Notes under the pieces: model-generated
The model's database searches: none
Told to the model about the DNA's origin: nothing
The model's input: the letters and a program-made list of their open reading frames with translations, nothing else
Shown: piece by piece, positions 1 through 6,706 of the stretch
How the letters are laid out: the number at the start of each line of letters is the position of its first letter
Numbering within the stretch: position 1 is the first letter of the stretch
Program-made: the position numbers and the translations under genes
DNA from: Candidatus Iainarchaeum sp.
Lineage (GTDB): Archaea; Iainarchaeota; Iainarchaeia; Iainarchaeales; GCA-2688035
Assembly: GCA_028713935.1 (NCBI GenBank)
Contig: JAQTNI010000021.1
Location: 1-21,272 of the forward strand
Reading direction: 5' to 3'
DNA length: 21,272 bases

Positions 1-66
1 GTCTCCTTTGGGTTTTTTGTTTTCCGATATTTTTTTAGGCTGATAGCTATTCAAACTTGTTTGCAT
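1..66 (-). CDS. possible 5' end of a gene running off the window edge (hypothetical; 22 codons visible)
   Basis: ATG at 66..64 on the minus strand, with GGAG at 80..77 ten nt upstream. The frame stays open to the window edge (MQTSLNSYQPKKISENKKPKGD...). Too short for any functional call. Confidence 0.2.
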   Translation of the reverse strand, partial: MQTSLNSYQPKKISENKKPKGD

Positions 67-81
67 TTTAATCGTACTCCT

Positions 82-207
82 ATCGCGCCATCCAAAGGGC
101 GGGCTTTGCCCGCCGCGCGCGATGGCAGAATAAGGATAAAATCAAAATTAACAGATATTGCCGCTGTATCTGCGGGCACAAAGGTGCCACAACGCAGAAT
201 TAGCGGC
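82..207. other. two GC-rich extended stem-loops (82..123 and 160..207) in otherwise AT-rich non-coding DNA; possible small structured RNA or protein-binding element
   Basis: First structure: 82-88 atcgcgc pairs with 117-123 gcgcgat, enclosing 98-103 ggcggg paired with 109-114 cccgcc. Second structure: 160-165 gccgct / 202-207 agcggc, 170-174 ctgcg / 193-197 cgcag, 175-179 ggcac / 184-188 gtgcc. No ORF explains the region. Confidence 0.25.
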
Positions 208-230
208 TCTTAACAGTAATGGATTGACTT

Positions 231-269
231 AAAAAATCAAAGGCAAAAAGAATCTGGCTCAGAAGCCAG
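231..269 (-). terminator. terminator-like hairpin plus T-tracts downstream of hicA
   Basis: Stem 254-259 ctggct / 264-269 agccag. On the minus strand it is followed by attctttttgcctttgatttttt. It lies about 118 nt past the hicA stop. Confidence 0.4.
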
Positions 270-386
270 GTAAAATCGCAGTCATTCTATGAAAAATGCG
301 GCTTTGTTCCTGTTTCAGAACCGTTTGACATGTGGAATGTCCAACATATTGACCTGGAATACAAAAAATAGTTTCTATAACAACTG

Positions 387-611
387 CTATTCAACAAGTT
401 TGAAAAATTCTTCCTTGTTCATTTTCAGGTCTTGCTTGATTATTTTCAGCATTAAGCCTGTTCCTATAGGCTCATTGCCGTGGATTGGAACAGAAACTTT
501 TCTGCCGTCAGGATGCGCAAACCTGTGATGGCTTCCAGTGATTCTTGTTTGCTGAAAACCAAGCTTGTTTAGCGTTTTAATCAGTTCTCTTGGGGTTACT
601 GGCTTCGGCAA
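387..611 (-). CDS. hicA: HicA family mRNA-interferase toxin
   Basis: 74 aa. Segment PRELIKTLNKLGFQQTRITGSHHRFAHPDGRKVSVPIHGNEPIGTGLMLKIIKQ matches the HicA/YcfA pattern (GSHH, H-x-G-x-E-I). It sits 3 nt downstream of a HicB-like ORF. Confidence 0.9.
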   Translation of the reverse strand: MPKPVTPRELIKTLNKLGFQQTRITGSHHRFAHPDGRKVSVPIHGNEPIGTGLMLKIIKQDLKMNKEEFFKLVE

Positions 612-614
612 GAA

Positions 615-824
615 TTACACCTTTATTACTTGCACGCCAACAAATTCTGATTTTTGCTCTTCTTTCTGTTCTTCCAGACAAAGCTGGATTACTTCCTTTG
701 TTCTCTTAATCAGTTCATCCATTGTTTTTGCCTGGGTATGGCAAGCCTGCAATTCTGGCACATCAGCTATAAGCCAGCCTTCTTCATCTCTTTCAATAAT
801 AACAGTAAAATTCTTTTTAGCCAT
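615..824 (-). CDS. hicB: HicB-like antitoxin (UPF0150-type, short form)
   Basis: MAKKNFTVIIERDEEGWLIADVPELQACHTQAKTMDELIKRTKEVIQLCLEE is the typical HicB N-terminal domain. I prefer the internal ATG at 824. The 50 extra N-terminal codons of the 615..974 ORF are hydrophobic and low-complexity and unlike HicB. Confidence 0.8.
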   Translation of the reverse strand: MAKKNFTVIIERDEEGWLIADVPELQACHTQAKTMDELIKRTKEVIQLCLEEQKEEQKSEFVGVQVIKV

Positions 825-1056
825 TAAATCACAAACAATATATGCGGCAATTCTAATAAAAAACTTTGGAATTCCAAAAGAAAGATATGACTTTGAACTG
901 TTCAGAATAATTGTCAGTTTGTCCTTCCAATAAAATATTATTGAAAGAGTCTGCTTCAATAATTTTTTTTGCATTGTTTTTTAATTATTTAGTTTAAAAC
1001 TTTTATCGCTGAAATTACATTTGCTTTGAAATAAAAAATCTGGCGGAGGTTTTTTT

Positions 1057-2157
1057 ATGCAGGTAGGGACAGTAAAGGAAATAAAAAATAATGAAAACAG
1101 GGTTGGATTGACTCCTGCCGGAGCAAGGGAATTGGCGCAGAAAGGGCACACTGTTTTGGTTGAAAAGGATGCCGGGGCAGGAAGCGGATTTTCAGATGAA
1201 GAATACAAAAAAGCAGGGGCAAAGATATGCACTGCAAAAGAAGCCTGGCAAAAATCGGATTTGATTGTAAAAGTAAAAGAGCCAATGCCAGCGGAATTTG
1301 AGTTTATCAGGCAAAACCAGATAATTTTCACTTATTTTCATTTTGCATCAAACGAAGCGCTGCTTGATGAAATGCTCAAGCACAAAGCGGCTTCAATTGC
1401 ATACGAAACAGTAGGGGACAATTCATGCCACCCGCTTCTCGCTCCCATGTCAGAAGTGGCTGGAAAAATGGCTCCCCTGATGGGAGCGTATTACCTTGCA
1501 AAGTTCGCAGGAGGAAGAGGGCTTTTGTTAAGCGGAGTTTCAGGAGTGGAGCCCGCCCATGTTGTTATTCTCGGAACAGGCTTTGTGGGAAGAAACGCAG
1601 GCATTATTGCACAGGGGCTTCAGGCAAAACTGACTTTTTTGGTGTATGACCTTAAGCTGGTTCCTGATTTGAAAAAACAATTTCCAAACGCGGAGTTTGT
1701 TGAAAGCAGGCCTGAAAACATTGAACGCATTGTCCCGACTGCAGACCTTCTGGTTGGCGCTGTTTATGTAACAGGAGCAAAGCCGCCTGTCCTGGTTTCA
1801 AAAGAGCTTGTCCAAAAAATGCAGAAAGGCTCTGTAATTGTGGATGTTGCAATTGACCAGGGGGGCTGCATTGAAACATCAAAGGCAACCTCGCATTCAA
1901 ATCCCATATTTGAAAAATTTGGCGTTATTCATTATTGTGTTGCAAACATGCCGGGCGCTTTTCCAAGGACATCAACGCTCGCGCTTACAAACGCGACTCT
2001 TCCATTTGTAATCAAGCTTGCTGGCAATGGCCTCAAGGCACTGAAAGAAGACCCGGGATTTTTAAACGGCCTTACTACTTTGAATGGAAAACTTGTCAAC
2101 AGGCAGGTAGCGGAAGCATTCAAAAGAAAAGCGGAAGACCCCTTGAAAATGATTTGA
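1057..2157 (+). CDS. ald: alanine dehydrogenase
   Basis: 366 aa. MQVGTVKEIKNNENRVGLTPAGARELAQKGHTVLVEKDAGAGSGFSDEEY is the canonical AlaDH N-terminus. Contains a VILGTGFVGRNA Rossmann motif. GGAGGT lies 6 nt upstream of the ATG. Confidence 0.92.
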   Translation: MQVGTVKEIKNNENRVGLTPAGARELAQKGHTVLVEKDAGAGSGFSDEEYKKAGAKICTAKEAWQKSDLIVKVKEPMPAEFEFIRQNQIIFTYFHFASNEALLDEMLKHKAASIAYETVGDNSCHPLLAPMSEVAGKMAPLMGAYYLAKFAGGRGLLLSGVSGVEPAHVVILGTGFVGRNAGIIAQGLQAKLTFLVYDLKLVPDLKKQFPNAEFVESRPENIERIVPTADLLVGAVYVTGAKPPVLVSKELVQKMQKGSVIVDVAIDQGGCIETSKATSHSNPIFEKFGVIHYCVANMPGAFPRTSTLALTNATLPFVIKLAGNGLKALKEDPGFLNGLTTLNGKLVNRQVAEAFKRKAEDPLKMI

Positions 2158-2158
2158 T

Positions 2159-3679
2159 TCAAGGCAAGTGCTTTGGCATTACCCCTGCCACAAGTGAAAT
2201 TTCCTTGCTTTCACCTTTGAGCCTTTTCCAGTACTCCAGGTTTTTTATGCAGCCAGGGTCTGGGCCCTGTACATCCGCAAAATAACCATAGGCTCTTGCC
2301 CTGCAGCCTCCGCAGGCGCTCCTGTTTTCGCAGATCCCGCAGTTTCCCCAAAATTCTTCCCTCTTTCTCATTTTGTTCAAGGCAATGTTTTTGTGCCAGG
2401 TTTCAAGCAAGGAATCTTTTCTTATATTGCCGATTTTTATTGGCATAAAAACGCATGGTTCAAAATCCCCGTTTGGCTCCATTGCCATATAAAGCCTGCC
2501 TGCCCCGCAGCCTCCGACAAAATCAGCAAGAAAACTGATTGAATCGCCAAACTTTGTGTCCTGGCTGATTACGTCAAAATGAGTCAGGGCACATGGCTTT
2601 CCAATTTTCTTGCATGCAGAACTGAATTGCGGAGCAGTGCTTAAAACAGGAATTTTTCTTTTTCCAATCTGCCCAGCAAGCCAGGCCAGGAGTTCTTCCC
2701 TTTTTTCGGGGCTTATGTCAAGGCCAATTATTTCCTTGCCCCTGCCTGCGGGAATAAAATTATAATGCATGAACAATCCAGCGCCAAGCTTTTCAGCAAG
2801 GTCAAGTGCAGCCGGAACTTCCTTGTAATTGTGCTGTGTTACAGTCATTGCTATTCCGACAAGAAGCCCTTCGCTCACTGCATTTTTGATTCCTTCAATT
2901 GTCCTTTCAAAGGCTTCCGAACCCCTGAACCTGTTGTGCGTCAATGGCTTTGCGCCATCAAGGGAAACCTGGGCATAAAGGCAGCCAAGAGATTTTAATT
3001 GCCTTGCATTTTCCCTTGTAAGGAGAGTTCCGTTTGTTGCAATGGAAAAAGCCATTTCGTTTTTTCTGATTCTTTGGATTATTTCAAAAAGGTCTTTTCT
3101 TACAAGAGGCTCTCCTCCTGAAATTGCAAGATAGGCAACTCCTGCTTCTGCCAGGCCATCAACTGCCTTAAGGGCTTCTTCAGTGTTCAGTTCATCAGAA
3201 TCTTTCACAAGCGCTGATTCATAACAATGCTTGCAGCTCAGGTTGCATGCCCTTGTAATATTCCAGACAACAAGGAACGGCACAAAAGCAGTAAAAGGTT
3301 TTTTTGGGCCGAATTCTGCAATTCCTTCCATTACAGAGCTCAGGCCTTTTCTCCACATTGGGTCTGCAAAAGCAATCTCTGCGTCTTTCCTGCTAATATT
3401 GTTTTTTTCTATCAAAAAAGAAAGAAGCCTGTTTATGACTGAAGAAGAAGCCTTGCATTTTATGCACATCTTAGGGGAAAGACCAAGAAAGTCCCTCAAA
3501 GCCAAATCAATTCTTCTTCCGCATTGGGGGCAGCGTGCAGCAGCAAATTTCAAAACAGCCCTTGAAGCAGGATTGCCAAGCCAATGCTCAACAAAACCAG
3601 CCATTTGCCCTGCATATTCCTTGCTATCCATGCCGGAATTCATCTGGTGAGCCACCACAAAAACCCTTTTCGCAGACAT
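2159..3679 (-). CDS. radical SAM/SPASM-domain enzyme with N-terminal CxxC...CxxC metal site (possible Tes/GDGT-MAS-like tetraether synthase; see findings)
   Basis: 506 aa. CNLSCKHCY is the CxxxCxxC radical SAM motif and ISGGEPL is the SAM-binding GGE motif. The C-terminal Cys clusters CGAGRLY..EPC and CGICENRSACGGCRARAY indicate SPASM auxiliary clusters. The N-terminus carries CPQCGRR...CIKCK. Confidence 0.85.
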   Translation of the reverse strand: MSAKRVFVVAHQMNSGMDSKEYAGQMAGFVEHWLGNPASRAVLKFAAARCPQCGRRIDLALRDFLGLSPKMCIKCKASSSVINRLLSFLIEKNNISRKDAEIAFADPMWRKGLSSVMEGIAEFGPKKPFTAFVPFLVVWNITRACNLSCKHCYESALVKDSDELNTEEALKAVDGLAEAGVAYLAISGGEPLVRKDLFEIIQRIRKNEMAFSIATNGTLLTRENARQLKSLGCLYAQVSLDGAKPLTHNRFRGSEAFERTIEGIKNAVSEGLLVGIAMTVTQHNYKEVPAALDLAEKLGAGLFMHYNFIPAGRGKEIIGLDISPEKREELLAWLAGQIGKRKIPVLSTAPQFSSACKKIGKPCALTHFDVISQDTKFGDSISFLADFVGGCGAGRLYMAMEPNGDFEPCVFMPIKIGNIRKDSLLETWHKNIALNKMRKREEFWGNCGICENRSACGGCRARAYGYFADVQGPDPGCIKNLEYWKRLKGESKEISLVAGVMPKHLP

Positions 3680-3863
3680 AATTGTTGCTTAACTTGTTTT
3701 TTAAAAATAACTGTTTTGGCAAATAAGGCAGTTTTAATGCATTTAAAAGGAAATTTTATTAATTGCTGCTTCCTGAAAATTAGCAAGTATTGCAAAAAAG
3801 ATTATCAAAAAAAAAAAAACAAAGTTTTTTATTATGCAAACAATTTGTTATTATTGAGAAACA

Positions 3864-4406
3864 ATGGCAAGAAGAATGAACAGAATCCGCACGTATGGAA
3901 AATTGGCCTTGCGCGGAATCAGCAGCGCTTTCCACGGCAAGCCAAAGCCAAGGCACACGCCCAGGCAAATGAATGTACAGGAATTGCCTGAAGCTGTGCA
4001 AAACAGGCGCACGTTAATAATAAAATTTTTGAGCAGGGAAGCAACCCATTCAGATCTTGTCCTGCAACTTGCAAATTCCTTTGCAAGGCAGCCTCGCCAA
4101 ACATGGGTTTATGAAGGGACAGATGTGCTCTTGGTTACAGGCAATGAAAATATGGATTTGTTTCTTGAAGGCAGAATAGAAAAAATAGATTCTCTGCAAG
4201 TGCAAATCAACAAAACACTGAAAGACCCTGAATGGTTTGACAGGATGGAGACAAAAAAAAAGCTGGGCGACAGAATATTGAGAAACAAGGCTGCGCACAA
4301 AATGCAAAAAGAACTGGATAAGGAAAAAAGAATAGTGCGTGATGCACTTTATGCTTTTTTGATTAAAAACCCTCAGCAAACCCAGGAAAAACAGGCACCG
4401 CAATAG
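3864..4406 (+). CDS. hypothetical protein (basic N-terminus, coiled-coil-like C-terminal half)
   Basis: 180-aa ORF with no recognisable motif and no clear SD. The start is uncertain; an in-frame ATG at codon 36 is an alternative. It is the only long ORF in this interval. Confidence 0.5.
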   Translation: MARRMNRIRTYGKLALRGISSAFHGKPKPRHTPRQMNVQELPEAVQNRRTLIIKFLSREATHSDLVLQLANSFARQPRQTWVYEGTDVLLVTGNENMDLFLEGRIEKIDSLQVQINKTLKDPEWFDRMETKKKLGDRILRNKAAHKMQKELDKEKRIVRDALYAFLIKNPQQTQEKQAPQ

Positions 4407-4459
4407 TTATAAAAATGGTTTTTACATATTTTTCTTAAGAATTTTTTGGAGGTATTTTT

Positions 4460-4636
4460 ATGGCAGAAGTTTTGGTAGTGGCAAGCAAAGTAAAAGAAGC
4501 AATTTCAAAGGCGGATTTTAACACAAGCGGAGACTTTGTAGAAGCATTAAGCAGGCATGTTGAAGAAGAAATAAAAAAAGCAATTGAAAGATGCAAGGCC
4601 AACGGAAGAAAAACAGTCAGGCCAGAAGACATATAA
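4460..4636 (+). CDS. small histone-fold DNA-binding protein, DUF1931 / bacterial-type histone (HBb-like) family
   Basis: 58 aa, below the ORF-track cutoff: MAEVLVVASKVKEAISKADFNTSGDFVEALSRHVEEEIKKAIERCKANGRKTVRPEDI. GGAGGT lies 5 nt upstream. The NGRKTVRPEDI end resembles the histone-fold L2/alpha3 'GRKT(I/V)..(E/R)D(I/V)' motif. A hairpin plus T-tract terminator follows. Confidence 0.75.
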   Translation: MAEVLVVASKVKEAISKADFNTSGDFVEALSRHVEEEIKKAIERCKANGRKTVRPEDI

Positions 4637-4657
4637 AAAAAACTGTTTAAGCAGTTT

Positions 4658-4694
4658 GGGAATTTTTTTAATTCCCATTCTATTTTTTTATTTT
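4658..4694 (+). terminator. hairpin plus T-tract terminator after the histone-fold gene
   Basis: Stem gggaatt (4658-4664) / aattccc (4670-4676) with a T5 loop, followed by attctatttttttatttt. Confidence 0.5.
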
Positions 4695-4783
4695 GCAGGC
4701 GGCATTGCCAAAAACTGGCTAAAAAAGAAGAATTTTTAATGTATCGCTGGCAGTATCTTATTAACTAAAGGGGGTGAAAACAA

Positions 4784-5182
4784 ATGAAAAAAGCAATTAT
4801 AATCCTCTTAATCCTGATGTTTGTTGGTTCTGTTTTTGCAGTGCCAATGGCAAAAACCGAAGCTCAAATTTCTGCAGATGCATCTGTGGCTGAAAAGCAA
4901 AACCTGATTGCGGGCCAAATAGCAATTCAAATCAACAGCAATGAGGTTGCTGCAGATGGAGAAACAGGCGCTGCTATTGAGAGATGCCCTTGCATAAAAG
5001 GAGACCTTAATGGAGACGGGTTAATTAATTTTGAGGACATAAATCCTTTCACAAGGGTAATCAGGCATCCCTGGTTCTACAAAATTTTTAATCCACGCAT
5101 GTTTTGCGCAGCAGACATCAACAACGATAACGAAGTAGACTTCAAGGACATAAATCCTTTCGTTGCACTGCTTTCACAATAA
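4784..5182 (+). CDS. secreted protein consisting of a signal peptide, a linker and one dockerin-type (two Ca-binding repeats) module
   Basis: Signal peptide MKKAIIILLILMFVGSVFA. The two repeats are GDLNGDGLINFEDINPF and ADINNDNEVDFKDINPF. SD GGGGGTG lies 7 nt upstream. Confidence 0.8.
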   Translation: MKKAIIILLILMFVGSVFAVPMAKTEAQISADASVAEKQNLIAGQIAIQINSNEVAADGETGAAIERCPCIKGDLNGDGLINFEDINPFTRVIRHPWFYKIFNPRMFCAADINNDNEVDFKDINPFVALLSQ

Positions 5183-5184
5183 GC

Positions 5185-5241
5185 AAAAAAAAAAAAAATT
5201 CAATGGGGGAACTGAAAAAAGTTCTCTCTTCTTTTCTTTTT
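5185..5241. terminator. bidirectional terminator region between convergent genes
   Basis: A14 run (5185-5198), read as T14 on the minus strand. Hairpin 5205-5228 (gggggaac / gttctctc, including two G-U pairs). A T-rich run (5229-5241) follows on the plus strand. Confidence 0.4.
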
Positions 5242-5751
5242 TTATGGCAAAATTCTTTTTGTTTCGTAATAATTAATGTCGTTTTCAGAGTCAATTATTG
5301 CAAAAAGAGGCAGAGTGTTAAGGTTCTGGGCAAGCCTGACCATTCTGCTGTATTCCGGCATTGAAATTCTCTTGGATTGCTCTGCAATTTTTACAACCCA
5401 TTGAGTGTGCTCTTCTCCGGGTTTTTTTCCGCGCGGATAAACCCTCAGGTCAAAGCCGAACTTGAAGCCTGTTTTTACGCAATAGCCTTTTTCGCGCAGG
5501 TCCTTGTAAACCAAAAATTTTGGGTAAAAATTTTTTTCTTTTTTGCAGGCAAGCTTCAAAAAGGCCTCGTCAGAAATTTTTTTTTCATCGGAATCAGCCA
5601 ATTCAATTTTGCCTTTTTCAAGAAGATAAAGTGCCTCGCACAAATCAAGGACAAGGCGCTTTTCTTTCAGTTCCCCAAAACCCTTCTGCCTGAGCTGGTC
5701 AATAAGCCTTTTTTCCGAAACAATTGTTTTCTGCCCAACAAGCAAAGCCAT
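5242..5751 (-). CDS. endA: tRNA-splicing endonuclease (homotetramer-type EndA)
   Basis: LDLCEALYLLEKGKIEL, FLVYKDLREKGYCVKTGFKFGFDLRVYPRG..EEHTQWVVKI and LFAIIDSENDINYYE line up with M. jannaschii EndA as I remember it. The first ATG is at 5751, with GGG upstream. The track ORF extends to a TTG at 5772. Confidence 0.9.
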   Translation of the reverse strand: MALLVGQKTIVSEKRLIDQLRQKGFGELKEKRLVLDLCEALYLLEKGKIELADSDEKKISDEAFLKLACKKEKNFYPKFLVYKDLREKGYCVKTGFKFGFDLRVYPRGKKPGEEHTQWVVKIAEQSKRISMPEYSRMVRLAQNLNTLPLFAIIDSENDINYYETKRILP

Positions 5752-5810
5752 AAAAAAACCCTTAAAATTCAAATTCCTTATTATCCTGATGATTAGTCAC
5801 ATTAATATTC

Positions 5811-6629
5811 TTAATTCAAGCGCCGCCAAATTTCCCGCGCCTTAAGCCCGCCAAGAAAACGCCTTCTTTGCAACATTGCCCCTGTTTTGCTTAAAAAAAC
5901 TAGACCAACATCATTCACTATGGCAAATCCCTTTGTGGAAAGTGCCTGGCGCATTCTCCTCCTATTACCACCACTCAAAGGAAACAAACCACAAGCAGGC
6001 ACTATTAAAATATCAGCCTTAGAATGATTAAATGCGTTTATGTCTGCACAGACACGCAGCTCAACAATTTTGCCATTTATTGTTATTCTGGGAAACTTGA
6101 AAACATGGTCTGACCATTGAAAAGAAAGAACTTTCCTGGCAAGAAATTTTTTGTGCCCCTTCCTTTCTGCACGGCGGTTCCAATGGCGAAAAGCAGCCTT
6201 TGGATTTTGGCTTTGCCGGATTTGACTTTTATCAAAGCGAGGCAGAATATATTTTGAATAAGCGCTCCAATGCATTGGCTTTCCGGATTCAGGATTCAGG
6301 GCTTTGGGCCCAACTAAATAACCAGTGTTTGTAACAGTGTCTTTTTTTGGAACTTGTTCAAGCACTGAAAGGAATATGTAGCCATTACCATGCTGTTTTG
6401 CCAAGGTCTGCACTGTCCTTAGCCATTGCTTTGTCTCATTCCGCGATACTGCAACTTCACCCATTGCAGCTTCGGGAAAAACAATTATTGTTGGTTTCCC
6501 AAGATTGCTGCCAAGCACCCTTCTGACTGTTCCAGTCATTTCTTCAAATTTGCCAAAGCGCTTTTCCACGAGAAAAAATGTGATTCCGTCTTTTTCAGCA
6601 ACAAGCATACAAAATAACTGAAAAAACAT
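5811..6629 (-). CDS. divergent carbon-nitrogen hydrolase (nitrilase superfamily)-like protein
   Basis: A Glu-Lys-Cys triad in family-typical context: IIVFPEAA (Glu), YSKYILPRF (Lys), ELRVCADINAF...ADILIVPA (Cys). A basic insertion sits between the Lys and Cys motifs. Confidence 0.5.
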   Translation of the reverse strand: MFFQLFCMLVAEKDGITFFLVEKRFGKFEEMTGTVRRVLGSNLGKPTIIVFPEAAMGEVAVSRNETKQWLRTVQTLAKQHGNGYIFLSVLEQVPKKDTVTNTGYLVGPKALNPESGKPMHWSAYSKYILPRFDKSQIRQSQNPKAAFRHWNRRAERKGHKKFLARKVLSFQWSDHVFKFPRITINGKIVELRVCADINAFNHSKADILIVPACGLFPLSGGNRRRMRQALSTKGFAIVNDVGLVFLSKTGAMLQRRRFLGGLKAREIWRRLN

Positions 6630-6706
6630 GAATTTAAACCTGCTTTTTTTGTGGAAGGGAAGGCAATTAAATTAAAAAAAGGATTCAATCAAATCAATTA
6701 ACTGTT

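Noticed and set aside
160-215. H/ACA-type guide sRNA (hairpin followed by ACA at 213-215)
   Set aside because: The internal loops are only 4 nt, too small for a pseudouridylation pocket. No K-turn or K-loop GA pairs are present, and the ACA is 5 nt from the stem rather than adjacent.
289-528. 79-aa plus-strand ORF
   Set aside because: It runs antisense to the well-supported hicA gene. Its sequence is low-complexity and hydrophobic, with no SD.
615-974. Long (119-aa) version of the HicB ORF
   Set aside because: The extra 50 N-terminal residues are hydrophobic and low-complexity and unlike HicB. The internal ATG at 824 gives a typical HicB of about 69 aa. The long form cannot be fully excluded.
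981-2162. Several minus-strand and out-of-frame ORFs overlapping ald (981..1331, 1055..1285, 1425..1649, 1652..1900, 1932..2162)
   Set aside because: All lie within or antisense to the high-confidence alanine dehydrogenase gene, and none has a recognisable motif.
4435-4632. 65-aa minus-strand ORF
   Set aside because: It runs antisense to the histone-fold ORF, which has an SD, a terminator and a recognisable family signature.
5786-5800. C-box-like tgatga in the endA / CN-hydrolase gap (possible C/D box sRNA)
   Set aside because: No matching D box (ctga) or C'/D' elements at appropriate spacing, and no terminal stem.
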